DNA of 64,000 bases. Origin: the human T2T-CHM13v2.0 reference genome, Homo sapiens. The notes beneath the pieces are model-generated. The model was not told the origin of the DNA. It worked only from the letters and a program-made list of their open reading frames with translations, and did not search any database. The stretch is taken from the NCBI RefSeq assembly GCF_009914755.1, contig NC_060933.1. The stretch is one strand, 5' to 3'. Shown one piece after another: positions 18,409 to 35,546 of this stretch. The first letter of the stretch is position 1. Every line of letters starts with the position of its first letter. The position numbers and the translations under genes are program-made.

Positions 18409-19672
18409 TGACACTTCCTTGTAAATAAAAAATAACCTTTTAAATAAATTGTCCCTATATAGAAACATGAGATTTTAAAGGAAAGAACCAGAAAGACAAA
18501 CTTTTGCAGGGGGAAAATGGTACATACAGTCACATTCCTGACTGTCTGACATGGGCAGTCTACAGTGATTCCAGCCCACCTGTGAACTTGAGCATAGATC
18601 TACTTATCACAACTGGAATTCATTGTACGCACAGACAAGACTTATGGTGCACAGCAGAAAACTCCAAGTATCTTTCCTACAAGGCACACTATCATATACA
18701 GATATTTTCTCACACATTATTGTCTAAACATTGCTAATTCAAAGAACTAACATTTCAACTAGATACACTATTTGCTCTCTACTCGGCTACTTTCTTTACG
18801 CAAAGTTATATATTCTTTCTTAAGCATTCCACAGACAGAGTTCTCACCTCAAAATATTGTATAGGAAGATTATTAACACTTCATAGTAAAAACGAGTCAT
18901 TAGGATTGAACAGAAATCCCCATTGAATAGGAAATACCAAATTCTCAGACAAATTCGACTTTATTTGTGATGGATGATCTATTAATACAAGAAGTGCCAT
19001 CACAGTACGTGGAATTTCTTTTTAATCATTATATACTGGTTTTCAGTCTGAAGTTGTAAGCCAGCCAATTAGAATTTCTCTTAAAATTAGAAAGCGAAAT
19101 CATTGGCTAAAATAATAATTTTGAAGATTTCATTAAGTGCATTGCTAGACACCTGAAGAATTAAAAAGCTGTCAGTTTCAGGCGACAGTTAAAGAGCCGT
19201 GGGAGCCACAAGCGTCAATAACACATGGGGAACACAGCCCAGGCGAGTCCATGTGTTATTGGACAGTCACAGTACTAACCTCAAGTACAAAGAAAGGGGA
19301 CAGTGAAAATAAATATATATAGAGAGAAGCAAAATCATTTTACTGTGCTAGGAGATCGCTCACGCTTCCTTGATTTGTTTGTTTGTTCTCCAAGCTTTAG
19401 GGCATAACTCCCTTATGGATCCATTTGTTACAAACATGGATATGGGTGACTGAGCTACACTGCCGTCTGTAAGAGCGTCACTCTCCCGTGACCACGCACT
19501 GCAGCTGTGTTTTATGCGTGAAATTCTGCGGTAAAGTCATACCCAATGACATCTCAGACGGCAGTCACAGTCCCTTTAAAGATTTTACCAGAACTAGAAT
19601 GAAAAGAGAAAAACAAAAAAAAAAACAAAAAAACAAGCTCAGCTCACCACTGTTATTAGAAAGTTTGCTTCC

Positions 19673-19678
19673 TTTATT
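19673..19678 (-). terminator. Candidate intronic poly(A) signal AATAAA with downstream CA and GU/U-rich element
   Basis: Minus strand: AATAAA-20 nt-CA-GTGGTGAGCTGAGCTTGTTTTTTTG...; motif evidence only. Confidence 0.4.
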
Positions 19679-21046
19679 CATGCAAGCTTTTCGGATAAAG
19701 TTCCGTATGGTTGAATTTATACAATTAGGCTTTTCTTTTTTTTTTTTTTTTCCTGGTGTCCAGTTCTCTCAATTAAGAATTTCATTTCGTAGTGTGGAAG
19801 CATAACAAGTGCCTCTGGGTCCCCAGTCTTGGTGCTGTGAATGGGGTTAGTGGCTGTGCCATGACTGTATGACCTGGCCATCACAGGTGAACTTACAACA
19901 TAGTCCCTAGCCTCAAAGGCATACGTGGGTTTCCCTATCGTCCTCTTCATGAGTTCTTTGTGAAAACAGAAAGACTGAGTCTGCCAATAACCAGCAAGAG
20001 AACAAGATAAAATAAATAAAATTAACCATAAGACTTTAACATATGACAAACAACTGGTAAGGATTTTCAAAATCTTTTGGTCAACTTTGATGGTATTTTT
20101 CCATACAATGAACTCTAAAATATGAAAAACGTACATCCATATTTTAGATATAAAAGTCTCTTGCACAGGCCAGAAAATGAAACTTTAATTTAAGCAATAA
20201 AATTCCCCTTTGTAGACTGCAAATGGAGAACATGCTATCTAGCTTCATTTTTCTTCAACTTACATAAAAATGAAACAATGGTTAATGTTCTGGCGGCATC
20301 TCTAAACATATTCAGTGAAACAAAATTTCCTTACAAATGTCAACAGCTTACAACAAATAACATTTTATCCTGTTTAATTATTTAGAAACAAAATCAGTTA
20401 TGCTGAGATATGTTTGCATGGGATTTATATACTCTGATCATAGAAACAAATTATTGACATCTGAATCTGAAAGCTGCAAAACATGATAAAAGACATAATA
20501 AAATCACAGATTTGTTATTCTCTCAGGAACTTTTTCTAGTTAAATTATCGTTGGCATAATGCTGTTAAGTTACAAAGTAGAATAAATGAGAAGGTAGGAA
20601 GGGCTGTACCATGTTGGTCACGGAAGCTGTCAGCCATGCCATGGATGTCCCATGCAAGATCCATGTTGAGACTGCTTAAAAATGAAATCTATTTCTCCAA
20701 ACTTTAGATTTGCTTTTTGAGCTTGTGCTTCCTCTTTTTTTGCACTGCTATGTCCTAGAGGAAGGAACATTAATTCTGACCCTAAGAACAGAATGACCAA
20801 AAGTGAGGGAAGCAAAACTATTTCTCTATTTCTTTACGATTGCTTCTAGTGGGTATATGTATGTGGTTTAACCTCAGGAAAATAAACACATCATTTGGGA
20901 AATTTTTTTTAACAAAGATTTGCTGAGCACACGTTTGAGGAGTAAGAAATAAAATTCATACTGCTGATTATGGTAAAACAGAGATTTTCCTTTAAATCAT
21001 CAAAAGAACCAGTTTCCGATTCCCATTTCACTGTTTTAAGTGTTAA

Positions 21047-21318
<272 letters not shown>

Positions 21319-22087
21319 TGAGCCACAACGCCCAGCTTATCTTTTTCTAACCATCCTTTTCTTACATTTATTGATTACTGAATTCTTTGGTCTTTTTCTA
21401 AATAGTTAGAGAATATCATGAACCACAGATTCACAAACCATTTTTGGCCAACAGACTGTGTAATGTTAAGAGAAAACTGGAATAGACACATAAACAAATG
21501 GTAAACAATCATGAATATTCATCATGAGAGTCCAAAAAAATACAGAGATAATATATAAATATAACACATGAGTGCTTGGTAAAGCGGCAGAGATGGGTTA
21601 ACTGACAGTTCATATGAAACTTTCAGTCTAGCAAAAACACCCTTGTCTTGGAAATTCTTGGATTAACAATGAGTGGAGTTCTAAACGCCAGCATCGTTGA
21701 GCCAAGAAGCTGCAGATTACTCAAGTCCTAATTATACATCTCAGCTCAATCCATCATCCACTTTTGAAGCTGTATTCTGCCTTCCACCAACGGCTTTTTT
21801 CACATCTTTAGGAAATTACATTTCTAATTCTTAACCTGATATGATAGATAGCATTAAAGCAAGATAATTCAAGATAATTCTACCAACTATAAATTTGAGA
21901 TTCTCATATTAAAGGAACTCTGCATGTGAGGAAATATTGTTTTGTCCCCTATTTTTAAAAAGCATTGATAATAAACTTGTTATCAATTATGAATTTACAT
22001 TCTTTACTTTTTTTTTTTTTGGAGAAAGGGTCTCACTCTGTTGCCCTGGCTGGGCTCCAGCAATCCTCTCATCCCAGCCTCCGCTAG

Positions 22088-22285
<198 letters not shown>

Positions 22286-23154
22286 TAATTAGCCGGACAT
22301 TAACCATGCCCGGCTAATTTTTGTATTTTTAGTACAGACGGGGTTTCACCATGTTGGTCAGGCTGGTCTCGAACTCCTGACCTCAGGTGATCCGCCCTCC
22401 TCGGCCTCCCAAAGTGCTGGGATTACGGGCATGAGCCACTGTGCCAGGCCTCTTTTTTACACAGAATTGTTTTTGTGGAAATACGATTGTCAGGTTAACA
22501 ATGACTACTGTTATTCTTTTACTAGTAACCAGCTGTTGATTCCAAGTCTAAGAAGGACATCTCTCCTCTAGTTAATTAGTTGTAGTTTAGAATCTTTTCC
22601 CAGGCCAATGTGTCAGTTGACACTCAAGAAAGGATGGCATCCACCTCTGGCTTTGGGGCACTACCAGGTACTATTTGGAAAGAAGTAACCCAACCGTCAG
22701 TTGACTGGAGAGTCCAGGAGAAGGGAAAAGTAAAACTTATGTTTGTACAAGAAAGCATTCCACTACAACTGTATTGCAACTCCCACAGGGTAGGATTTAA
22801 AAAAAAAAAAAAGGAGCAAACCTTACTGGATATGTTAACGCTGCTGGGATTACAGGCGTGGGCCACTGGGCCCAGTCTAAAGATCTGTTTACTCATTATA
22901 TTCATTATAAAAGATATTTTGGGAAGGCTTAGACTAGACTGGCCATTGAGAATGATTTGGGAATCTACACATTGCTTTATGCCAATCTTTCTCTGTAAAC
23001 GAAACTGGTATCTACATTGGATGGCTGCATCAATTCCATTATCTCTATGATGTAAGCGCACATCAATCTTAATGAGGACAGCGGACTTCAATCTTAATAA
23101 CAACCACTTACGAGTCAATATAGTAGTTTCTCCCTGAATGTGGATGTCACAGAA

Positions 23155-23362
23155 TCTCAGACTCTGTAATCAGACTCCCCGGATCTAAATCCCGGCTCTG
23201 TATCTTCCCACCTTCACCTTTTTATGCCTCAATTTCCTTACAGTAAAATAAGGAAATATGAGTACTACCTGGGCTTCATAGGGTGGCTGGAAAAAAGTAA
23301 ATGAGCACACAGAACAGAGCTTTGCACACAATAAGTGCTCAGTAAGTGTCAGCTGCTTTTAT
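23155..23362 (+). mobile_element. MIR SINE
   Basis: AAATCCCGGCTCTG..GCCTCAATTTCCTTACAGTAAAATAAGG..ATAAGTGCTCAGTAAGTGTCAGCT core. Confidence 0.7.
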
Positions 23363-24210
23363 TGTTTCATCCTTTAAAGAGAAATTCTGCATCAGGCCCC
23401 TTCCAATCAACAGATATTTTATCAACATCTTATATAATCTCACTAAAATAGCGAATGAAACCACTGTGACTTATGACTCTTCTCCTTTCGACCCTGAGGC
23501 ATAGCTCAGGCAAGTATCTTCATTACACTCACATTGCTTCAGTAGTTATTAAGGCAATATTTTCTGACTTACACAGTGACTTCCAATTCCTCATCTCATA
23601 GGTTGCTAGTTTTATGTTTTTATTATTTATTATTTTTTTTTAGAGATGGGGTTTGACTATGTTGTACTGGCTGGTCTTGAACTCCTGAGCTCAAGTAATC
23701 TTCCTGCCTCGGCCTTCCAAAGTGCCAGGATTACAGGCATGAGACACTGCGCTTGTCCTATTAATTTTTATATATTTTTTTAAGAGATGGGGGTCTCACT
23801 ATGGTGTCCAAGCTGGTTTTGAACTCCTGAGCTCAAGCAATCCTCCTGCCTTGGCCTCCTAAAGTGCTAGGATTACAGATGTGAACTATCACGCCCAGTC
23901 TCAGGTCGCTAGTTTTAGAAATGAAATCTAAGTGGTTTTTTTTGGTAAAATTAAGGTAGAAAATGCATGACTTGGATGCTTTAAAGAGGAAGAGGGGTAA
24001 AGTCCTTCCAAAATGTACTAGAAACGAAAAGAAAAAGGCCGGGCGCAGTGGCTCACACCTGTAATCCCAGCACTTTGTAAGGCCGAGGCGGGCGGATCAC
24101 AAGGTCAAGAGATCGAGACCATCCTGGCCAACATGATGAAATGCTGTCTCTACTAAAAATATAAAAAGTAGCTGGGCGTGGTGGCATATGCCTGTAATCA
24201 CAGCTAATCA

Positions 24211-24764
<554 letters not shown>

Positions 24765-25697
24765 CTACATGTAAGAGATGGAGCCGTGACAGAGTAAAAA
24801 TCAGAAACAAGAAGACACAAAACAAAAATAAGCATCAAATAATATTTGAAATCCAACGCAAGTAAAACACAAACAATTAAATTTTAGGCCATGGTCCAAA
24901 AGAAAACATGTAGGAGGTGGTTAAATGAAGAATATGATGAGAGTTGGGAGGTTTAGTAAGTAATGCGACAGAAGAGCAAGAAATATCTGACAAGAAGCTC
25001 GTGCAGACTTTCCCATGCAAACTATAGCTCTAGTTAGTTACTCTAAACCAGCTTAAGCCAGAGGGTAAATATTTCTACATTACCTAAACTAACATAGCTT
25101 GATGGGAGAAAATGAAAGACCTTCAATGCTAAGGTTGTGGAAACAGCAGTCTGTTTAAATTAATAAATAGTAAGTCATTCTAAAGTTAAAGCAGTAATGC
25201 TGCCTTGATCATATTCTACGTCCCCAGGTTAATGCTGTCATGCACCTATGTATCGCACTATGAAAAGAAAATGAAAAATGTTCATGGGTACACATGTTAA
25301 CATGAATTCAAAACCAAGTTATTAACATGGTAACGATTTCCAGTAGATGTGCGGATAAAGTGTTACAGGAATGTCCCACTACATCCTCTCTCCCAGCCAA
25401 GGTAACCAGCAGTCTAGGAGAGGAAGGAGGGAAAGGCATGAGGCGAAACGGTGGAGAGGTCAGTACTCTGTTAGTGTGGGAGTCACGGTACGAGGATAAT
25501 GCATCTGAAATAAGACACAGGGCCATGGCAAAGATACCACCACCAAAAAGAAATACTGTCTCAACATAAGGTAGCACACTAGCTTCTTCTTTTGCATTCT
25601 GAAACTACAGGTTTAGGATCTTAGTTTTTCTAAGACTAAAAGATCAAGTCAAAATCTCCACACCTTAGAAAACTCATTTCACGCCAACCATCAGTAC

Positions 25698-25895
25698 CTT
25701 ATTTTTTTTGATGAACGGCCATAACTTTCCTTTGGATTTGCCACCAAATTTGAGGTCTGGTTTGCCTTCTCCTCTGGAATTTGAAAGGCTGTTATCTGAC
25801 ACAGTGCGCTTCATTGGCTGAGTGTAATCCTCAAATTCAATGTCTCCAGGAGGCTCAAACCCTGATTTATAAGCTTCTATTACCAGCTGTGAATC
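25698..25895 (-). CDS. FNBP1: FNBP1 exon 9, 198 nt, phase 0-0: [24 protein letters not shown]...[12 protein letters not shown] (end of F-BAR plus basic region)
   Basis: Acceptor tttcag|GAT, donor AAG|gtactg; 66 open codons. Confidence 0.96.
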
Positions 25896-25962
25896 CTGAA
25901 ATTATACCCACAAGCATATAAATACATTCAGAAGCATGCAAACACTTTTTAAACAATGAATT

Positions 25963-26924
<962 letters not shown>

Positions 26925-27134
26925 TGAACTCCTGGCATCAAGTGATCCACCCGCTCCGGCCTCCCAAAGTGCTGGGATTACAAATGTGAGCCACTGTGCC
27001 CAGCCAGCAGCATAACTTTTATGTTGAATATTTGTGTCTTCAAATTAACAGTAAAAGCCTATGCTGGTGTTCTAGTTTATATTTTTTTGAGAAATAGGTC
27101 TCTAGGAATTCAAATGGAGAACACTGCCCTAAAG

Positions 27135-27715
<581 letters not shown>

Positions 27716-27857
27716 TCAATTCAATTCTGTCATGTCTCGGACAATTTACCACTTAAATGTGTTTACCAAAAAAGGAATTATACAGCTAAATCCAAGACAC
27801 AGAGCATGTGTGACCACCAAAAGCAACCATCCACCATGAGATGATGACATGAGGTCA

Positions 27858-28202
<345 letters not shown>

Positions 28203-29035
28203 CTAAGTACACGGAGCCTCCATATTACCCAGCTGTACACTTATTTTATAAATTGCTAGACATGTTAGGCTGCCCAAATATATGCTTTGCACAATTCCAT
28301 TCTAATTTTAGTAAGAATGCCAAACTCAATAGTTCTTTTTTGTTTTTCTTTTTGTTTTTTTGAGACGGAGTTTTGCTCTTGTCACCCAGGCTGGAGTGCA
28401 GTGGTGTGATCTCAGCTCACTGCAACCTCTGCCTCCAGGTTCAAGTGATTCTCCTGCGTCAGCCTCCCAAGTAGCTGGGATTACAGGCCCCACCCGCCCT
28501 CCCCCCGCCACCACACTTGGCTAATTTTTTGTATTTTTAGTACAGATGGGGTTTCGCCATGTTGGCCAGGCTGGTCTCCAACTCCTTACCTCAGGTGATC
28601 CACCTGCCTAGGCCTCCAAAGTGCTGGGATTACAGGCTTGAGCCACCACACCTGGCCAATAGTTTTATTACTAACACTATTTGTAATCTACCTCAAACGT
28701 TTTCTCCATCTTTAATCTACTACTTTACCTTTTACCAAAAGCACAGTATTTAATTAACTGCCTCAGCCCAATACATGCTAGTGTATCTTCCAACTATAAT
28801 TTACAAGGACTTGTTTGCTGTGTGTGTAGACACCAAGAAGCAAATATATTATTTATTTTTTCTACAATTGGACTCAAAGTTGCAAAAAATCTGTAAAATG
28901 GAAGAACATATGTCTATCTTTTCTCATACCATTTTTGACAACCTAACATGAGCAAAAGAAAACAATCCAAAAGAAAGAACTGTCATTTGTTTAAATCCTA
29001 TAACTCTATGAATGCTGCTTTGACTTCTATAGTTA

Positions 29036-29485
<450 letters not shown>

Positions 29486-29831
29486 TTAATCTTGAGATTA
29501 TTATATTTCATTCATATTGCTAGTCAATGCTTGATCTAGATGCTTTAAAAAATGATTTATCATGCCTATAATCCTAGCACTTTGGGAGGCCAAGGCTGGA
29601 GAATTGTTTGAGTCCAGGAATTTGAGACCATCCTGGGCAACACAGCAAGACCCTATCTCTATAAAAAATTTAAAAATTAGCAGGGCATGGTGGTGCATGC
29701 CTGTAGTTCCATCTACTTAGGAGGCTGAACTTGGAGGATCCCTTGATCCTTTGAGCCCAGGAGTTCAAAGCTGCAGTGGGTCGTGATTGTGCACTGCACT
29801 CCAGCCTGGGCAACAGAGTGAGACTGTCTCA

Positions 29832-30224
<393 letters not shown>

Positions 30225-30300
30225 TCACGATTCAGAAGTGTCATGTTTCTAAGGAAAGCAAAGCATAAAACATGAAATCTGAGAGATGTTCAGGACTTAC

Positions 30301-30429
30301 CTGGAAGATGTTGGGGATGTGAGTATGGTAATATTCATGCTGCTCATGGTTGAATTTCTGGAGAATGGATGAGTAATCTGCTTTGCTGTCCTCTGCCATT
30401 TGGTGACGTATTTGAGCTTGTTGTCGGGC
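30301..30429 (-). CDS. FNBP1: FNBP1 exon 7, 129 nt, phase 0-0: [43 protein letters not shown] (F-BAR)
   Basis: Acceptor cctaag|GCC (uncommon AAG acceptor), donor CAG|gtaagt; follows a 27.7-kb intron. Confidence 0.95.
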
Positions 30430-30723
30430 CTTAGGGCAAAAACAAGAATACTCCTACGTTTATACACCATAGATAAAAGCCTGGGTGCAATCAATAAAAG
30501 CCTAGAACTGCACACTGGGATGCCTAGGGGCCAGATTTACCTCAAATGTATTCCGCGGGTGCTTTTTAATGTTCTGAATTGAATTGACTTTAGGTAAGCA
30601 ATGTGCATCCTAGTTTGTATAAACCTCCACCATTCCCTACTGCCTTAACGTGGCGTGTACCTTCTAGTTTGACACACCATTCTATACTGTCTGCACTTGG
30701 GCCAATTTACATTATTTGGATGA

Positions 30724-31106
<383 letters not shown>

Positions 31107-31774
31107 TGAATTTTTAAACCCAGTTCTCAATGGGGTTCATGCACTAAAAAGGCATATGAACCACTGACCTAAGGAGACTTTTCTAAAGCTCTCTAGCATG
31201 TTTATATTTAGTATATATGCTAAAGAGGGAATAAGTATGGCAACTTCTTTATGCTTTTTATGTTTTTTGAGGAGTGCTATTTTATGTTTTACTGCATTGC
31301 TTTTCTCCTAAAAAATCAATAATTTACACATTTGTTTTTCTCTAATTCATATTCTGATTGATCACATACCTAAAAAAGGGGCAACAATTGTTGACTAGTT
31401 GCAGAATGGATTTTAAAGTTCAAACAGGAATGTCTATAAATTCTAAAGTCATCCAGAAGTACAAGAGGTTGTGCCGTTAATACCACCTTAGATTCACATA
31501 GCATTGTGGTGTTATTTTGATAAATATAATCTTGTGAATCTCTAACACAATTTGAGGTCCACACAAGGCAAAAAACTACCTCCTGCCAGATGAAGATAGG
31601 GTTTTTGGTCTTTAAGTGACCTGGCAAATTCACTGCAGTAAGCCAGAAACACAACAGGAAATAGGCTGTCTTCCAACATAACCAGGGCAACTATTTGTTT
31701 GTTTGCTTGTTTTTGTTTTGTTTTACTGAACCAATGTTTCAGAAAACTAAGACCTGGCTGGGTGTGGTAGATCA

Positions 31775-32527
<753 letters not shown>

Positions 32528-32584
32528 TCAAAAAACAAAACAAAACACCAAACAAACAAAAACAAGAAAATTAAGACCTAATCA

Positions 32585-33103
<519 letters not shown>

Positions 33104-35261
33104 TTAGTATTGGCTTTTTTTTTCATGTCAATCTTCTTTATTGGTTTCCTGCCTATGTGACTTGAAGGGTTAACCTGAATTTCACTTCACACATTTTACT
33201 CATACTCATCTGGTGAAAGCCTAAGGTAATTCACAGTTGCTTCCCTTATTTTCTTCCCTATTCACACGTGAACACTTCCCAAATGAAGGTAACAATATCA
33301 GTATTTCCAAACACATTTCCTTATTACTGAGGTTTTTTGAGTTTCTTAAGGCCTTTGGATCTGTCGGTGCCATTTTATCCTCTTTTCATCTACCCTCAGT
33401 TGATTTCAGCTGCCGCATTCTTCCTCTTTGTTGGTGGCCTGTTAACTCCCTTCCTGACCATATGCCTTGGCGTCTGCTTCTTCCTGTGTCCACTAGTAAA
33501 TATATTAGTCTAGCCCCAAAATGTTAAGTACCCAGCTACCCTCAAAAATCCACCCCCTTCCAATACACAGTAGCCCTCCTCTGTTTAAATAATAGCTTTC
33601 CCACCTACATGCATTCCATCTGTTCCCCGAGCCCGTCCAGCACAAATGCCCTATTAACTCTTCAGCTGCTGAGTTTCATCATGTATCATTTCGCTATGAA
33701 TGTTTAAAAAAAAATTCCCATTAGACCTCAAATTTCTAAAACAGTCTCTATTTTATTCACAAGGCTTCCTCAGAAAGTCTCACAAAAATCCAGTGGGGGA
33801 TTTCTTCATCTCTTCTGTAAAGAACAGCAAGAGCTCAGGAGGTAGTTTCCCCGTTTATTTTGAAGATTCTATCTAAGTGAGTTTTTAAAATAACTTAAGA
33901 TCTCAAACAGGCATCACATCAGAATGCCATCATTATATATAATATGTATGCATGTACTTACACGCACACACATACACACACACACAACCCATGAGAGCAG
34001 ATAAAAGCTTTCTGACAATAAATCCACTCACGCCAATATTTTAGAATATTTTACCCAAGTAGAATATTTTACCCATGAAAGCTGGTGCCAGAGGTACCCC
34101 ACCCAGCACCATTTGGTTGGAAGTGGCTGTGATCCTCTTCCTGTAGCTCCACAGAATCCCTAATCATGTTTTAGCTTTAGCTGCATAATTCCTTCTGTAA
34201 GCATATTACCTCCTAATAGATTCATAATGCCCTTTGCCCTGTTTCTATGCAGTAATCCTGAAAACATAACAAGGGCCCTAGACGTGAACTGTGGAAGACG
34301 CTGAATAAGGACCAACATGTCTACAGTCCAGCCTAGAAAGTAAGCTGTGTAGAAGATAATAAATCAAAGTATATTTTAGACGGTCTGCCTTTTATGTTAA
34401 AGGAACACTGTCTCTCCAGGAGTTTTTCTTCCATGCTTGGACATACAATTGCAAAGGACGATCTATTTCTACAGTCTCACTCACTCTCACTGACTACAAG
34501 GATAGGGAAACCTTCAAAAACAGCAAAATACTGTGATACATCAGATTCTCCAAAGCCGCAGCAAAAAGACAGGACTGTCTTTTTCTCAGTCCCTGCATCC
34601 AGCTGCTTTGAATTAATATCCACTTCTGAAACTCTGGCCTAGGAATGCACCATTGTTCTAACCAAATTTCACTATGGAAAATCTATTTCTGTTTAGCAAA
34701 TTGTTTATTTGACAATGGAATTTAAGAGTCGCTAAAACTAGTGTTGAATCAATTACTCATTATGACAAAAATACCTTTAAAATATCTTGTATTTTGGAGA
34801 ACTTATTTGGGATAACAGTTAATGGTATTTTGGAGACTATCTCCTAATGTCTAAGACTAAGTGGAGCTAATAAGCATCATGACTTCTCATCTCTTTTTAA
34901 AAGTCAGTCTAAAAATAGCAACTATTACCTCAAAGAGATAGTGTTTCCATTCTAAACCAGACCATAAGCTATTCTTTCAATTAAATTAAATTTCCCATTC
35001 TGAGAATAAAGACACTGCATCTTACAGCAATATTACTACAGGGCAGAAAGATGTACAGAGAGTTGGCTTGTTTTACTTGCAACGAGTCAGTGTCACAGAA
35101 TTTCAAGATAATGTTCTAAAAAGTCCAGAATAACCCCCGCTGCCTAGGCTGGGTCACAGACGTCTTAGAATCAGATCTACGCTGCTTTTGTTGTCCAACA
35201 GGAAGACAGAATTTAAACTTGAGAATTTTTTGACAAACCCTTGGGAATCTCCCTCAAATAA

Positions 35262-35546
<285 letters not shown>

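Noticed and set aside
19717-20166. 149-aa ORF as a stand-alone gene with a hydrophobic segment and a KRAS4B-like tail
   Set aside because: The hydrophobic part is the translated polypyrimidine tract, there is no promoter evidence, and SLIV lacks the Cys of a CAAX box. Only the part after the acceptor is kept as a candidate exon.
23106-23140. Possible 22-nt microexon (cattcag|...CTC|gtaagt)
   Set aside because: Poor pyrimidine tract at a MIR edge; consistent with chance
34042-34075. Small tandem duplications (18-nt unit here; others inside Alus at 285-312, 3040-3063, 3822-3860, 62397-62428)
   Set aside because: Ordinary slippage products with no functional context
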